A stretch of DNA of 64,000 bases from assembly GCA_038087875.1 (NCBI GenBank), contig CM075977.1, forward strand, positions 356,128,001 to 356,192,000, written 5' to 3'. This document shows, in pieces, positions 12,891-26,424 of the stretch; position 1 is the stretch's first letter, and the number at the start of each line of letters is the position of its first letter. Source of the DNA: Malacoraja senta (lineage: Eukaryota). The translations under genes and the position numbers were made by a program. The notes beneath the pieces are model-generated. The model worked only from the letters and a program-made list of their open reading frames with translations. It ran no database searches and was not told where the DNA came from.

Positions 12891-13497
12891 AGAAACATAG
12901 AAACATAGAAACATAGTAAATAGGTGCAGGAGTAGGCCATTTGGCCCTTTGAGCCTGCACCGCCATTCAATATGATCATGGCTGATCATCCAACTCAGTA
13001 TCACGTACCTGCATTCTCTCCATACCCCCTGATCCCCACAAGGGCCACATCTAACTCCCTCTTAAATATAGCCAATGAACTGGCCTCAACTACCTTCTGT
13101 GGCAGAGAGTTCCAGAGATTCACCACTCTCTGTGTGAAAACAGTTTTTCTCATCTCGGTCCTAAAGGATTTCCCCTCTATCCTTAAGCTGTGACCCCTTG
13201 TCCTGGACTTCCCCAACATCGGGAACAATCTTCCTGCATCTAACCTGTCCAACCCCTTGAGAATTTTGTAAGTTTCTATAAGATCCCCCCTCAATCTCCT
13301 AAATTCTAGCGAGTACAAACCGAGTCTATCCAGTCTTTCTTCATATGAAAGTCCTGACATCCCAGGAATCAGTCTGGTGAACCTTCTCTGCACTCCCTCC
13401 ATGGCAATAATGTCTTTCCTCAGATTTGGAGACCAAAACTGTACGCAATACTCCAGGTGTGGTCTCACCAAGACCCTGTACAACTGCAGTAGAACTA
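12891..13497 (-). mobile_element. CR1 (HER1-type) 3' fragment
   Basis: ORF 13001-13483 RPHLEYCVQFWSP...VVNLWNSLP; (TTTCTATG)n tail. Confidence 0.95.
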
Positions 13498-13684
13498 CAG
13501 TACTGAATTGTGAGTCTGCAATGTATTTGCAAAAAATGATTTGTTAGCCCTTAATGAAAATAAAATGAGCTGTTTGGTCTGCCCTGAGCTTAAAACTGAA
13601 ATGGCAATGGAAATGAAATGAAAATGAGATGAGTTGTTTGGCCTGCCCTGTGCTTGAAACTGAAATGGCACTGGAAATGAAATG

Positions 13685-14044
13685 AACTGAACTGAACTTT
13701 ATTTATAGAGCACTTTAAAAACAACCACTGTTGCAACAAAGTGCTGTACATGACTAATCATAAACATAAAACAAAACATTAAAAGACATTAAAAACAATT
13801 TAAAAAAAACAATAGAAACACTAAAACAGGAGCAAAGTCTCATGCAGGGTCAAAAGCCAAGGAATAGAAAAGGGTTTTAAGACTAGTTTTGAAAATGGAC
13901 AGTGAAGGGGCCTGTCTAATGTGCAAAGGTAGAGTGTGCCATAATGTCGGAGCAGCAACAGAGAAGGCTCTATCCCCTCTGAGCTTCCGCTTAGACCTCG
14001 GTACCTCCAGGCGCAGCTGATCAGCTGACCTGAGGCACCGAGCA
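13685..14044 (-). mobile_element. L2 LINE 3' end inserted in the minisatellite
   Basis: Minus strand reads KRKLRGDRAFSVAAPTLW...FKTSLKT; tgctctataaataaa plus (GTTCA)n tail; flanked by atgaaatgaa. Confidence 0.8.
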
Positions 14045-14380
14045 TGAAATGAAAAAGAGATGAGTTGTTTGGCCTGCCCTGTGCTTGAAACTGAAATGGC
14101 AATGGAAATTAAATGAAATGAGTTGTTTGGCCTGCCTGAAACCGTTCATTTTGGCCCACAAGGCCTCTATTAGCCGAGAAACCAGTCCCTTTTGGCCAAA
14201 TTGCCCGTATTAGCCCAGGAAGAGCATTTTGGCCCAAAAGGCTCGTGCCAGGCTTGGAAAAGTACAGAAAAAGTGAATTTCACTGAGAACTTGCTCAGAT
14301 TTTTTTTTTAAGTCCCTTCAGCCCATCAGGCCTGTACTAGCCAAGGAGGAGTCCCTGTGGCCCATTAGTAAGTATTCCCC

Positions 14381-14478
14381 CTGTCTGTGTCTGTGTCTGT
14401 GTCTGTGTCTGTCTGTCTCTCTCTCCTCCCCCCCCCCCTATCTCTCCTCCCCCCCCCATCTCTCTCCCCTCTCTCCCT
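14381..14478. repeat. (CTGTGT)n / CT-rich simple repeat
   Basis: Directly visible. Confidence 0.9.
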
Positions 14479-14565
14479 AAGAAGTCACTACCCTGGAGTA
14501 AATAGATTTTGTGCGCCCCAGAGAAGCGAGAAACACAACTGCAGCTTCTTTCCACTATAGCACTT

Positions 14566-14697
14566 TCTGAAGAAGTGTCTCGACCTGAAACATCATCTAT
14601 TCCTTTTCCCCAGTGATGTTGTCTGACCCGCTGAGCTACTCCAGCTTTTTGTGTCTATCTTCGGTATAAACCAGCATCTGCAGTTCCTTCCTACACT
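14566..14697 (+). repeat. Penelope-derived repeat with hammerhead-like core
   Basis: ctgaagaagtgtctcgacctgaaacatc...ccagcatctgcagttccttcctacac. Confidence 0.7.
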
Positions 14698-15096
14698 ACT
14701 TGAAAAGCTTTCTTGCTTATTCCATGTAGCTATTCATACCTCAGAACCATACAGTACAGAAACAGGCCCTCAGGCCCACTACATCCATGTTGATTAACCA
14801 TCTGTTATAATTAGCACTTGGATCATAATCTTCTATGCCTTGCAGTTTGAAGTATTAGTCTAGATTATTCTTAAGTGTTGCTGGAATACCAGCCTCCTAC
14901 ACTCATTCAGGCTGTATGTCATCTTCAGAGAGAAAAGATTATTCTCCAAAGCCCCTATAATCACCTTATCCCTTACACTAAATCTGTGGCCTCTCGTTTT
15001 AGATTTTTTCCGATTTGGGGAAAGGTTTACTCCTATCTACCCTATTCATCCCCCCTCATGATCACTTCCTGTGGAAGGAGGGAAAGAGAAAGCAGG

Positions 15097-16587
15097 GAAT
15101 TGTAGACCAGCCTGACATCAGTGGTGGGGAAGATGTTGGAGTCAATTATTAAAGATGTAATAGCGGTATATTGGGGCTCATGTTGTCGACCACTCCGTGG
15201 TGAGCCCTGTCAACTGACCTCAGTCAGGCGAATGACAACAAGCAGAGACAGCAGCAGCGCAGCAGCTTGGCGCCAACCCGGAGGATGCGCCCTTTTTAGG
15301 GCGGGCACCTACGGATGTCGAACTGGATGGCATCATCCTGCTGCAGACTTCTGCTGCCTCAAACGCAAGAAGAAGAAGCAGCGCATTTGGCTAGCAGTAA
15401 CAGGATCGGTCCGAGTCAGCATGGATTTACAAATGGGAAATCTTGCTTGACTAACCTTCTGGAATTTTTTGAGGATGTAACAAGAAAAATGGATAAGGGA
15501 GAGCCAGTGGTTGTAGTGTATCTGGACTTTCAGAAAGCCTTTGATAAGGTCCCGCACAGAAGATTATTGGACAAAATTAGAGTACATGGTATTGGGGGTA
15601 GGGTATTGACATGGATAGAAAATTGGTTGGCAGACAGGAAACAAAGAATAGGGATTAACGGGTCCATTTCAGAATGGCAGGCAGTGACTAGTGGGGTGCC
15701 GCAAGGCTCGGTGTTGGGACTACAGCTATTTACAATATATATTAATGATTTAGATAAAGGAATTAAAAGTAACATTAGCAAATCTGCAGACGACACAAAG
15801 CTGGGTGGCAGTGTGACTTGGAAAATTTGGGTGAGTGGGCAGATGCATGGCAGATGCAGTATAATGTGGATAAATGTGAGGTTATCCACTTTGGTGGCAA
15901 GAACAAAAAGGCAGATTATTATCTGTATGCTGTCAGAATAGGAAAAGGGGAAGTGCAACGAGACCTGGGTGTCATTGACATCAGTCTCTGAAAGTAAGCA
16001 TGCAGGTACAGCAGGCATTGAATAAAGCTAATGGCATGCTGGCCTTCATAACGAGTGGATTTGAGTATAGGAGCAAAGAGATCCTTTTGCAGTTGTACAG
16101 GGTCCTGATGAGACCACACCTGTAGTATTTTGTGCAGTTATGGTCTCCTAATTTGAGCAAGGACATTCTTGCTATTGAGGGAGTGCAGCAGAGGTTCACG
16201 AGGTTAATTCCCAGGATGGAGGGATTGTCATATGATGAAAGAATGGAACCACTGGGCTTGTATTCACAGGAATTTTGAAGAATGAGAGGGGATTTTATAG
16301 AAACATATAAAATGAATGAAGGTTTGGACAAGCTAAATTCAGGAAACAAGTTCCCGATGTTGGTCACCCAGAGAGTTGTGAATTTGCGGAATTCTCTGCC
16401 TCATAAGGCAGTGAAGGCCGATTCACTAGATGCATTCAAAAGAGAGTTAGATAGAGCTCTTAGGGCTAGCGGAATTGAGGGATATGGGGAGAAGGCGGGA
16501 ACTGGGTACTGATTGTGGATGATCAGCCATGATCACATTGAATGGCGGTGCTGGCTAGAAGGGCTGAATGGCCTACACCTGCATCTA
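15097..16587 (+). mobile_element. CR1 ORF2 3' half with internal deletions, interrupted at 15167-15376
   Basis: [18 protein letters not shown]...[12 protein letters not shown]...[10 protein letters not shown]...ADDTKLGG. Confidence 0.95.
15167..15376 (+). mobile_element. Short GC-rich retro-insertion with (AAG)4 tail inside CR1
   Basis: Interrupts the CR1 sequence gtaatagc/agcgcatttgg and ends aagaagaagaag, an RTE-type tail. Confidence 0.55.
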
Positions 16588-17423
16588 ATGTGGATACATG
16601 TGAGGTTATCCACTGGTAGCAAAAAGGAGAAGGCAGATTATTATCTAAATGGTGTTGTTGGGAAAAGGGGAAGTACAATGGGATCTGGGGGTCCTTGTTC
16701 ATCAGTCAATGAAAGTAAGCATGCAGGTACAGCAGGCAGTGAAGAAAGCGAATGGCATGTTGGCTTTCATAACAAGAGGAGTCGAGTATAGGAGCAAAGA
16801 GGTCCTTCTGCAGTTGCATAGGGCCCTAGTGAGACCACAACTGGAGTATTATGTGCAGTTTTGGTCCCTAATTTGAGGAAGGACATTATTGCTATTGAAG
16901 GAGTGCAGCGTAGGATTACAAGGTTAATTCCCGGGATGGCGGGACTGTCATATGCTGAGAGAATGGAGCAGCTGGGCTTGTACACTCTGGAGTTTAGAAG
17001 GATGAAAGGGAATCTTATTGAAACATATAAGATTAATAAGTGTTTGGACACGCTAGAGGCATGAAACATGTTCCCGATGTTGGGGGGGGGGGGGGGGGGG
17101 GTGTCCAGAACCAGGGGCCATTGTTTAAGAATAAGGGGTAAGCCATTTAGAACGGAGATGAGGAAACACTTTTTCACACAGCGAGTTGAGAGTCTGTGGA
17201 ATTCCCTGCCGCAGAGGGCGGTGGAGGCCAGTTCTCTGGATACTTTCAAGGGAGAGCTAGATAGGGCTCTTAAAGATAGTGGAGTCAGGGGATATGGGGA
17301 GAAGGCAGGAACGGGGTATTGATTGGGGATGATGAGCCATGATCACATTGAATGGCGGTGCTGGCTCGAAGGGCCGAATGACCTACTCCTGCACCTATTG
17401 TCTATTTTCTATGTATCTATGTA
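16585..17423 (+). mobile_element. Second CR1 3' fragment in tandem
   Basis: QQAVKKANGMLAFI...HFFTQRVESLWNSLP; ttctatgt-type tail. Confidence 0.95.
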
Positions 17424-17776
17424 ATTATAATAGTGTACACCATCATTAGACCCCCTCTCAGTCTCCTTCTCTCAGAGAAAAACAAATCCAGCACATCACG
17501 CCTCCCCTCATAGATGAAATGCTCCACCCCCAACAATATCCTGGTGAATCTCCACTCTATCACACTACCTAAAGAGGAAAAACAAGATCATATCCTACAT
17601 TGCAAGACCATGAGAGTAGGCCAATTGGCTTCGTATTTCTAATCCACAATTTAAAGAGAAAATATCTTGTACTTCACCTCAGCGCTACTGTCCTGCACAA
17701 ACCCCATGATCTTTGGTTCCCATAATTAACAAAATAAATCCAGTAACTTGTGTCTTGAATACACCAAAGGACAGAT

Positions 17777-18281
17777 ATTGGAAAGATATTGTCAAGCTTG
17801 TCAAGCTTGAAAGGGTTCAGAGGAGATTTACGAGGATGTTGCCAGGAGGGAGGGAGTGACCAAAAGAGAGAGGTTGAGTAGGCTGGGTCTCTATTCCTTG
17901 GAGCGCAGGAGGATAAGGTGTGATCTTATAGAGGTGTACAAAATCATGAGATGAATAGATCGGGTAGATGCACAGAATTTCTTGCCTAGAGTAGGTGAAT
18001 CGAGGACCAGAGGACATAGGTTCAAGGTGAAGGGGAAAATAATTAATAGGAATCAGAGGGGTAACCTTTTGGGTGTATGGAACAAGCTGCCAGAGGAGGT
18101 AGTTGAGGCTGGGACTATCCCAACGTTTAAGAAGCATTTAGACAGGTACAAGGATAGGACAAGTTTGGAGGGATATGCACCAGGCACAGGCAGGTGGGAC
18201 TAGTGTAGCTGGGACAGGTTGGCCGGTGTGAGCAAGTTGGGCCGAACGGCCCATTTCCACACTGTATCACTTTATGACTCT
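17777..18281 (+). mobile_element. CR1 3' fragment (different subfamily)
   Basis: PRVGESRTRGHRFKV...WNKLPEEVVEAGT; 3'UTR shared with 37565-37740 and 58430-58700. Confidence 0.9.
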
Positions 18282-18282
18282 G

Positions 18283-18660
18283 ACCCACACCACCCTGACC
18301 ACACCCTCATCTTGCTGCTACCATTGGGAAGGTGTTACAGAAGCCCGAGAACCACATCCTCCAGTTTTAAGAACAGCTTCTTCCCATCAGCATCAGGCTC
18401 TTGAACCACACTGCACAGCCCTGTCCATAACACTACCTCAGCAACGATCTACGATGGACTTTGTTTCAGTTAACCACCATAATTTGATTTGCACTATTTT
18501 GATGTGGTTAACAAGTATCACTGATAGAATGTATTATTGATCAATATATATTTATTTATTGTGTCGTCGTGTTAATGTCCCTGTAAAGCTGTAGCAAGTA
18601 AGAATGTCCTTGTTGCATTCCCAATGCATATGATAATTAAACACTCTTGATTCTTGACAA
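18283..18660 (+). mobile_element. Rex1/Babar 3' end
   Basis: DPHHPDH-L...LPLGRCYRS...FKNSFFP; tail aaacactcttgattcttga. Confidence 0.7.
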
Positions 18661-21600
18661 CTCCCTTGGCAAAGAATTCCAAGAATTCATTGAAGAAATT
18701 TCTTCGGTCTCGGTGATAAAGCGCTATGGTATTATTCTGAGACACAGAATCTTGGCTCCAAGTGCCTCAAGCCAGACAGACAAACATCTTGTCTTGCCCT
18801 GTACAATTTGTTTGAATTTTTCAATGAGATCACCCTCTTGTTCTTTGAAACTCAAAATCTCACCTCACATTGGCAAACCTACAACTCAGAAATCAATCTG
18901 GTAAACTTTTGAAAACTCCTACCATGCCTCTACATGGTTTTAAATGACCAATAAAAATCCACAACTTCTGGCTATTCCCATAGCTTGAATCACCAAAAAC
19001 AAATTATCTTTTGATTTATCTCTCTGCTGTTTGCGAAACTTTGCTGCTGGCAAATTTACAACCACATTTTCCCATAATGCAATAGTAACCACACTTCGTA
19101 TAAAATGTATTTTATTGGCTAAATTATCCTGAAATGTCTTGAGGAAATGCATACCAACACAAGCTATTTCTTAAACTCTCTTAACCATGCATCAGGCTGA
19201 ATTATCTGATGAAGTTTATTTTAATGCAAGTGGTAATTCATTTACAATAATTACCTTTATACTTGTGGCAACAATTTTAATTCAAGGAGCCACAGGGTTG
19301 ATTCGGGTAATGCATAAATTTTCAGGCTATTTTAATATAAATAAAATTTTCTAAATTAGACAATTTATCATTAGATTTGAAATTAAATTTAAAAAAAACA
19401 ATATGTTATGGTCACACATTTACAAACATCCTGCGATCAGTGCTATTCCTTTAAAATGGCCTATCATTGTTAAAGGCCTACTGTCTCAATCTTTGACAAG
19501 CCATCTTTAAATTACTGAAGAGAAATGAACCATATCAGCTGTGTTTTATTTCCAGTAAAATAACCCATCATAAGAGATAATTTGATGCTTTTCTTCAATT
19601 ATATGTTTACAAAATAGCTTGTAAATGTTGTTTTCCCCATCAAAAATGTGCTGCTTTAAATACCAGGCAACACTATAAATATCACAAGTTCCTTGGTTAA
19701 GAACAAACGTATTAAGTCATCTAACAGGAATTTTCATCATGTCAATGATACGATATTGTTGTGTTACAATGACTTGACATTTATATCTTTAGTGAGGTTG
19801 TGGATTCTGGTAACTTGGTTTCATAGCAAGAGAATGTAATAGTAACCAATGTTCAGCATGACTAATAAGTTTTTAAAAACATTTTGCTCTTTATACCATA
19901 TACAGTTGAAATAAAAAGCAGTAGCGGCAAAGGTGAATGAAGAGGGGAATACATACTTGTCACCAAGAGTTGGCTATTTGTTTTGGATTTATACAATACA
20001 GAAGTCAGCATATATCAGATTCAATTATCTATTGCATCTCACATATGTAACCTCTGATTGAGAATATAAATATTTGATAATCAAGAAAAGCACTGCAGAT
20101 TTCTACTTTATTGAATGCCATCATTCCAGGTACAGATTTTATATAACCATTGGGTCTATGTTATAACCAAAGTGTTGGAGGAACAGGTCTGTGGAAACCT
20201 ACACATACACAAAGCTATTAATTACCAAAGTCCTTTCATTTTGTGTACTGAAGGAAAGCTTATCTGAAACTGATCTAGAGCTTTAATATAACAAAGACAG
20301 CAACAAGGGCAGCTCAGTGTCATAGCTGATTGACCCTATCGGGTTTCGTTGCCAAACTCAATACCAATGTAAGGTAGTGAAAGTCAATACACTGCCTGTC
20401 AGCTTCCATCAACTCTCAGTGCAATGTATAGCAAGATGGTTGTTATTCATTAAAGCAATTGTTATTGCAAAATATTACGAGCTTAGGTAATGCATATGTA
20501 ATTGCATGCTATTCATTAACATCTGTTCATTAACATTATCTTGCATAAATACATTACAGGCAAAATTACATCTTGAGCAGCAATTCACAACCTGTAAATG
20601 TTATCATCTTGTTTCTGTACTTCCAGAAGATTGTGTAAACAAGTCAACGTGTTTAAGACCAACAAAGAAAATACAACCTTCATTAACTCGCAAGCAAATC
20701 AACCTTTAAAAATCAGACAGTTTTACCCGATATACTGTAAGCATTCATTTTTAGTGATGATCAAATTCAGTTAATTTTGTGCAATGAACCAATAATCTAA
20801 TCTGCAACATTGCACAACCTCACAGGATATCAAACACTCTGTAAAATGTCATGATATAGTGACTTTCTCACAACTGTTGCCAATCATTAATTCCTAAACA
20901 TCATGAAAAAAGGTTTCTGGTAAATGGATATGTAAATCCTTTGTGGTACCTTCATAAAGTTTGTAAAGTGATATTATCTCCTATACTCAGCAGAATAAAG
21001 ACAGGCACACATGAACTGAAGTCTTTTTGCAATGTAACCGAAGAGTACGTCTGATAATCCCCCATTCTACAATGTAACCACACGAATCAAAATTCAGTGT
21101 GCTTCAGAACATCCAAAGGAGTATAAAACATTCTGTCACACTCGTCCCGCACATAAAAGTCCTTAATGCCTTGCTTGCTTGTAGGGTTCAGCTCACTCTC
21201 CCTATAATAACTTTATGTTTGCATGCTACTCCTCCACGGTTTACTCAGGCTCAGTCTTTGAGCCAGGGAATATCAATTTAATCATAACATTGCCATGTAG
21301 CATAACAAATGTGAATACCAATCAGGAATGGTCCATTGGAGATAAGATGCTAGGTGCTAAAAGTTTGACCAAAACAAAGTGCTGGAGGAACTCAGCGGGC
21401 CAGACAACATCTACGTATGGAATGGACAGATACAATGGACAGAATGGTATATTTCCAGTATACAGTATTTGAGTAGATGCAAAAATAATCCATGGTGCTG
21501 TTCGAAGAAATATACATGTTTTCACAATGTCCTGACCAGCCTTTATCTCCCAACAAATGCTGCCTGAAAAAAACCCTCAGGATTATTTATACATGTCTAT

Positions 21601-24576
21601 GCCCCCACCATAACAATATCCACATTCCAAAAGTATATCAATTGTGTGAGCCACTTTGGAGTACTTTATTGTTGAGAATTGTGCGGCAGGACTGCTTGAA
21701 TTTTTCCTTTTTAGTTCTTCCAATGTGATAGTAAAGGGACATGGAACCTCTTGGTTATGTTCCAGGTTTCTATATGGCTGCTTTGCAACATCTGTATCCA
21801 GACTCTAGCTACAGAACAAGATCATTAAAATTAGTATCTAATAACCACTAGGTTTGACATGAATTTATCATTTTCAAAAATTCTCAAAATACAAATTAAC
21901 ATCTTTAAACATGGACAAATTTAACCCATGGCCCACCTTCCAAAAGTATATTTTTGTTTCAAATAGATATGTTGCAAAGTATGGTTAGTCAAAGAAAGTT
22001 GCATTCTAAAACAGGAGTGTTTGATATTACAGTACAGCACATGTTATTAAATCAAACAATTAAAAAAAAAAATCATCTGAACTTATCGCTCACAAAAATT
22101 CCAATTGAAAGGGTTGGTTTGTATGTGGGAAGCTCTTTAACGAAATAAAAGACTCATTATACATGTTACACTTAATAGGCATTTAAATATCTGAATCATG
22201 AACTGCATAAGACTCAATGATGCCGCTTAACCTTCATACGTACAGAAATCATTAATTTTGATTAATTTCATATAAATTAACCACAGCTACATTTCCAATA
22301 CTCTCTCCTTCACAGAGTATATGATGCAATGCATGATGCTTTTAATACTTTTTCAGTTCCTTTAATTGCCTTTCATGCAGTGGAACCTTTTTGATCAAAT
22401 GCATTTGGATACAGACATGGAATTAAAAAAAGACTAGGTAAAAAAAGGCTAGAAATGGCTTTACTACTTTTTAGATACATTAAGAGAGCATTGTGTGTCA
22501 TAAAGACCATCAAGCATAACAGTTAAAAGCATTCAAGGGAGGTCTCTGTAAGGACATGTGTGCAGTCTGTTCATGTTTGCACTTTAAAAAAAACTGCAAT
22601 ACAACTAAATGCCTGTGCATGTTAGGCTTATTCCTGTGAATTGAAGGAAAAGTAAAAGATTCTCTCCTGAAGTATGGACCACCCTAATGAAGCTGTGAAC
22701 AATGAGTGATATGTGGCAACAGCAGCCTGGAATAATCCCAAGGCTAGGAAACTGAGAATGACCATAACCCTGAATTCCATGGCCAAAACAGTCCTTTGTT
22801 AGGTCAGAGTGCAATTTGAGTGTTGGCCTTTTAATTATCAGGTTTAAGGGAAACAGAGTTAGTACGTTGGTTGTTCTGCAAGTAAATAAACACTGCCATT
22901 TTTCTGACCAGTAAGTTTTAAAATCTCACTACTGATGAATTTTGTACAATTAGCACGATTTGGAGATATTTTATCGCAGAAAATAATCGCTGACATAACT
23001 AAAAAATCCACCAAATAGATTAGAAGCCAAATTTACTGGCACAATTCAATATACATACATATACACACACACACATATAATGTATATTTTAGTGTAATCA
23101 GCAAACAAGCCGCAAATAACTGAAGCCGAGTTTGACTGATTTTAACACATTTAGCAAACTGTCTACTTAGAATAACAAACAGTTCTAACATAAATCACCA
23201 TTTTTTTTTTAAATGGCTAAGAATTTTTGAAATAGCACTAATACTTTCAGGCTGTGCCTGAGCACTAAATTCATGTGCCGTGGCTACATTTTGCTTTGGA
23301 CTTTAGATAAGCAAAGACATGTCACTCCAAAGGTTCCCATCCCTACAACATCACAGTATGAAATACATTTTCAGAACATTTTTTCAGGTCAGAATAAATC
23401 AATGCTTGAGACAGTTTGAAGCAAGACGATAAGTTGCCATCTCTGGGTGAGTTCACTTAGCAGTTTTAATTTTAGTAATAACTACTGGGAACAGATTCTC
23501 TCTTAACAGTAATCAATAGCGTAGGTGTACCTCTGGCCTGAGGTCACTGCACTTCACTGTGTGCATCAACTGAGATACAGCTCATTTGCTGCTTTATGTG
23601 GTGTGGTAATGCCTTGTAAGTGTAAAGATTGCAACCCAGTCATACTTAGATATGTCACACAACCAGCAAGCTATGAATTCCCCGCCCATAGGGAGGAATG
23701 GAAACGTCTGTGACACATCACAAGTCTCACGAGTGCAAATTTGCAATTGCTTCCTCATAAAAAAAACCTGTTCAAGGTGATATTTTATATTCTGCTGTGG
23801 TTTGGTTGGCATCAACAGCAAAAAAGGATCAAAATAAGTTTGACTAGTTCACCTAAACAAGCCACACCATAAAGACTGATGGATCATTGTAGCTGACAAC
23901 TAAATAACATCCTGATGTAATAATGGTAGAATCAGAAAATTGTGCCAAGTGTGCAGAAAATGTGCATTTATTTGGCTTTAGTTACATATGATGGCTGACA
24001 AAAGTTTAAACTGTGAGCCTGATATCAGTCTTAAAGTCCCTGAACCTCAATTTTCTGAAAGCTGCCCATTGTCAAATTTTGGGTCCTGGATGCTTGTCTA
24101 TCCCAATGATATAATTAAATTGTGATTCTAAGCTGATGGGGTGATGGCAGCATCATAGATTGCATCCACCTGAGTCAGTATACTTGCTCACCTCAGCCCT
24201 TTCAAGAGGTTTCTACATCCATGCTTCAATTTTTGCTATGATTGCACTCTTCTTTATCACCTCTCGTAGATGGGAATTGCATGGAGCAAGAGGTTACCAC
24301 AGCAATCCAACACCCTTCAGTCCTTTACATTATTTACACAGAGAAACTGCTTGAAATTTGCTCAAGCTATTTTAGCAGCAAATTAACTTTTACCACGAGT
24401 AGCATAAAACCTCTGTAAGAATTAATCATTCATAAAATAAAGCAATGGATTTTACATTTACATATTTCCATCATGTTCTGTTGTATTGTGAGACTCTTTG
24501 GATTGTCCAATGTTCTTTATTTCAATTTACACAAATGAAAAATATTATGGAGAGAGACGATTACAACCATAACCTT

Positions 24577-26157
24577 AGAAATATAGAACATAGGTGCAGG
24601 AGGAGGCTATTTGGCCCTTTGAGCCTGCACCACCATTCATTGTGACCATGGCTGATCATCCACTATCAGTAACCCGTGTGCCTGCCTTCTCCCTTGATTC
24701 CGTTAGCCCCTAGAGCTCTATCTAAAGGGCCAGTCCCACTTAGGCGATTTTTAGGCAACTGTGGCGACAGTCACTGTCACGGCGTGACGCCGGAAATGCA
24801 CCCACCCCACGATAATGTCCATGACAAGCTACCACCTAGTCGATGTAAAGTCACGACAAGTTACGTCAACCAGCGAAACAATTCCTCGCGACTTAGGACG
24901 TCCACCTACGACCACACCTACGACCACACAGGCGACAACCTACGACAAGTGATTGAGTATATACGAAGTCAACCTACCTCCACCAGCAACAAGCTACGAC
25001 CCTGAAGAAACTGAATACCTCTCTTGACGCTGGAACTGTCGCTGGCTGACGTAGGTTGTCGCCAATGGAATTCACCGAGGTTATGACCCGGTGACAACCA
25101 ACGTCACTTGGCGTCATCCTGGCGAAAACCTACGACAAACTACAATAGCACCAATGACGACAGGAGAAGACAAGCAGCATCAGGCAACGTCAAGCCCACT
25201 GGCGCCGAGAGGTTTTGAACCTTTCAAAATCCAACAGTGACAAGAAATATGTAACGACACTTGAGGAGACCGCTCACGACAATACAGGCGTCACCCCGCG
25301 ACCATGTGGTGACAGCCTATTTTTCGGCTGTCGCCGGAAATAAAATCGCCTAAGTGGGACAGGCCCTTAACTCGCTTTTAAATTTATCCAGTGAATTGAC
25401 CTCTACTGCCGTCTGTGGCAGAGAATTCCACACATTCACAACTCTCTGGGTGAAAAAGTTTTTTCTCATCTCAGTTTAAATGGCCTCCACTTTATTCTTA
25501 GACTGTGGCCCCTGGATCTGGACCGCCCCCACCCCCCCCTCCATCCCATCATTGGGAACAGTTTTCCTGCATCGAGTTTGTCCAGTTCTTTTATAAGTTT
25601 CTATAAGATCCCCATTCATCTAAAGCCCACTCTTTCCAATCTTTCCTCAAATGACAGTCCCGCCATCCTGGGGATTAACCTCGTGAACGCTGCACTGTTT
25701 CAATAGCAAGGATGTCTTTCCTCAAATTAGGAGACCAAAACTGCACACAATAATCCGGATGTGGTCTCACCAGGGCCCTGTACAACTGCAGAAGGACCAC
25801 TTTACTCCTATACTCATACCCTCTCGTTATGAAGGCCAACATGCCATGAGCTTTCTTCACTGCCTGCTGTACCTGCATGTTTACTTTCAGTGACTAGTGC
25901 ACTAGGACACCCAGGTCTCGTTGCACTTCCCTTTTCCTAATCTGACACCATTGAGATAATAATCTGCTTGTTCTTGCCGCCAAAGTGGATAACCTCACAT
26001 TTATCTGCATTATACTGCATCTGCCATGCATCTGCCCACTCACTCAACCTGTCCAAGTCACCCTGCAACCTCCTAGCACCCACTTCGCAGTTCACAATGC
26101 CACCCAGCTTTGTATCATCTGCAAATTCGCTAGTGTTACTTTTAATCACATCATCTG
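24577..26157 (-). mobile_element. CR1 3' fragment interrupted by a Harbinger MITE
   Basis: FADDTKLGG...QQAVKKAHGMLAFI...; 3'UTR at 24577-24720. Confidence 0.9.
24726..25367. mobile_element. PIF/Harbinger-type non-autonomous DNA transposon (MITE)
   Basis: TIRs agggcc(a/t)gtcccacttaggcgatttt; 3-bp TAA TSD at 24723-25 and 25368-70; interior rich in CGAC motifs. Confidence 0.85.
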
Positions 26158-26424
26158 AACCTTGCTGTTTTGCATTAGTTGGTTGTTGACACAGGAACAA
26201 TAACAACATTTAAAAGAAATTTGGACAGGTACATGGATAGGAAAGATTTAGAGAGATGTGGGACGAATGGAACAAACGTAGTTAGGACATTCTGATTGAC
26301 ACGAGCAAATTGGGCTAAAGGTCCTGTTTCCATGCTGTATGGCTCTAGAAGAGATTATGAGGTCATTATCAGGTTAATGCCATAGTTCCTATATACTCAA
26401 TCACGTTCTGCAAGTTATAGTCAT

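Larger units (their letters stand above)
12512..14370 (+). mobile_element. Possible non-autonomous Helitron-like element hosting nested CR1 and L2
   Basis: A|TCTATATAACTAAAA 5' end; internal ~63-bp minisatellite gagttgtttggcctgccctgtgcttgaaactgaaatggcaatggaaat at 13567-14140; 3' end not resolved. Confidence 0.35.
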
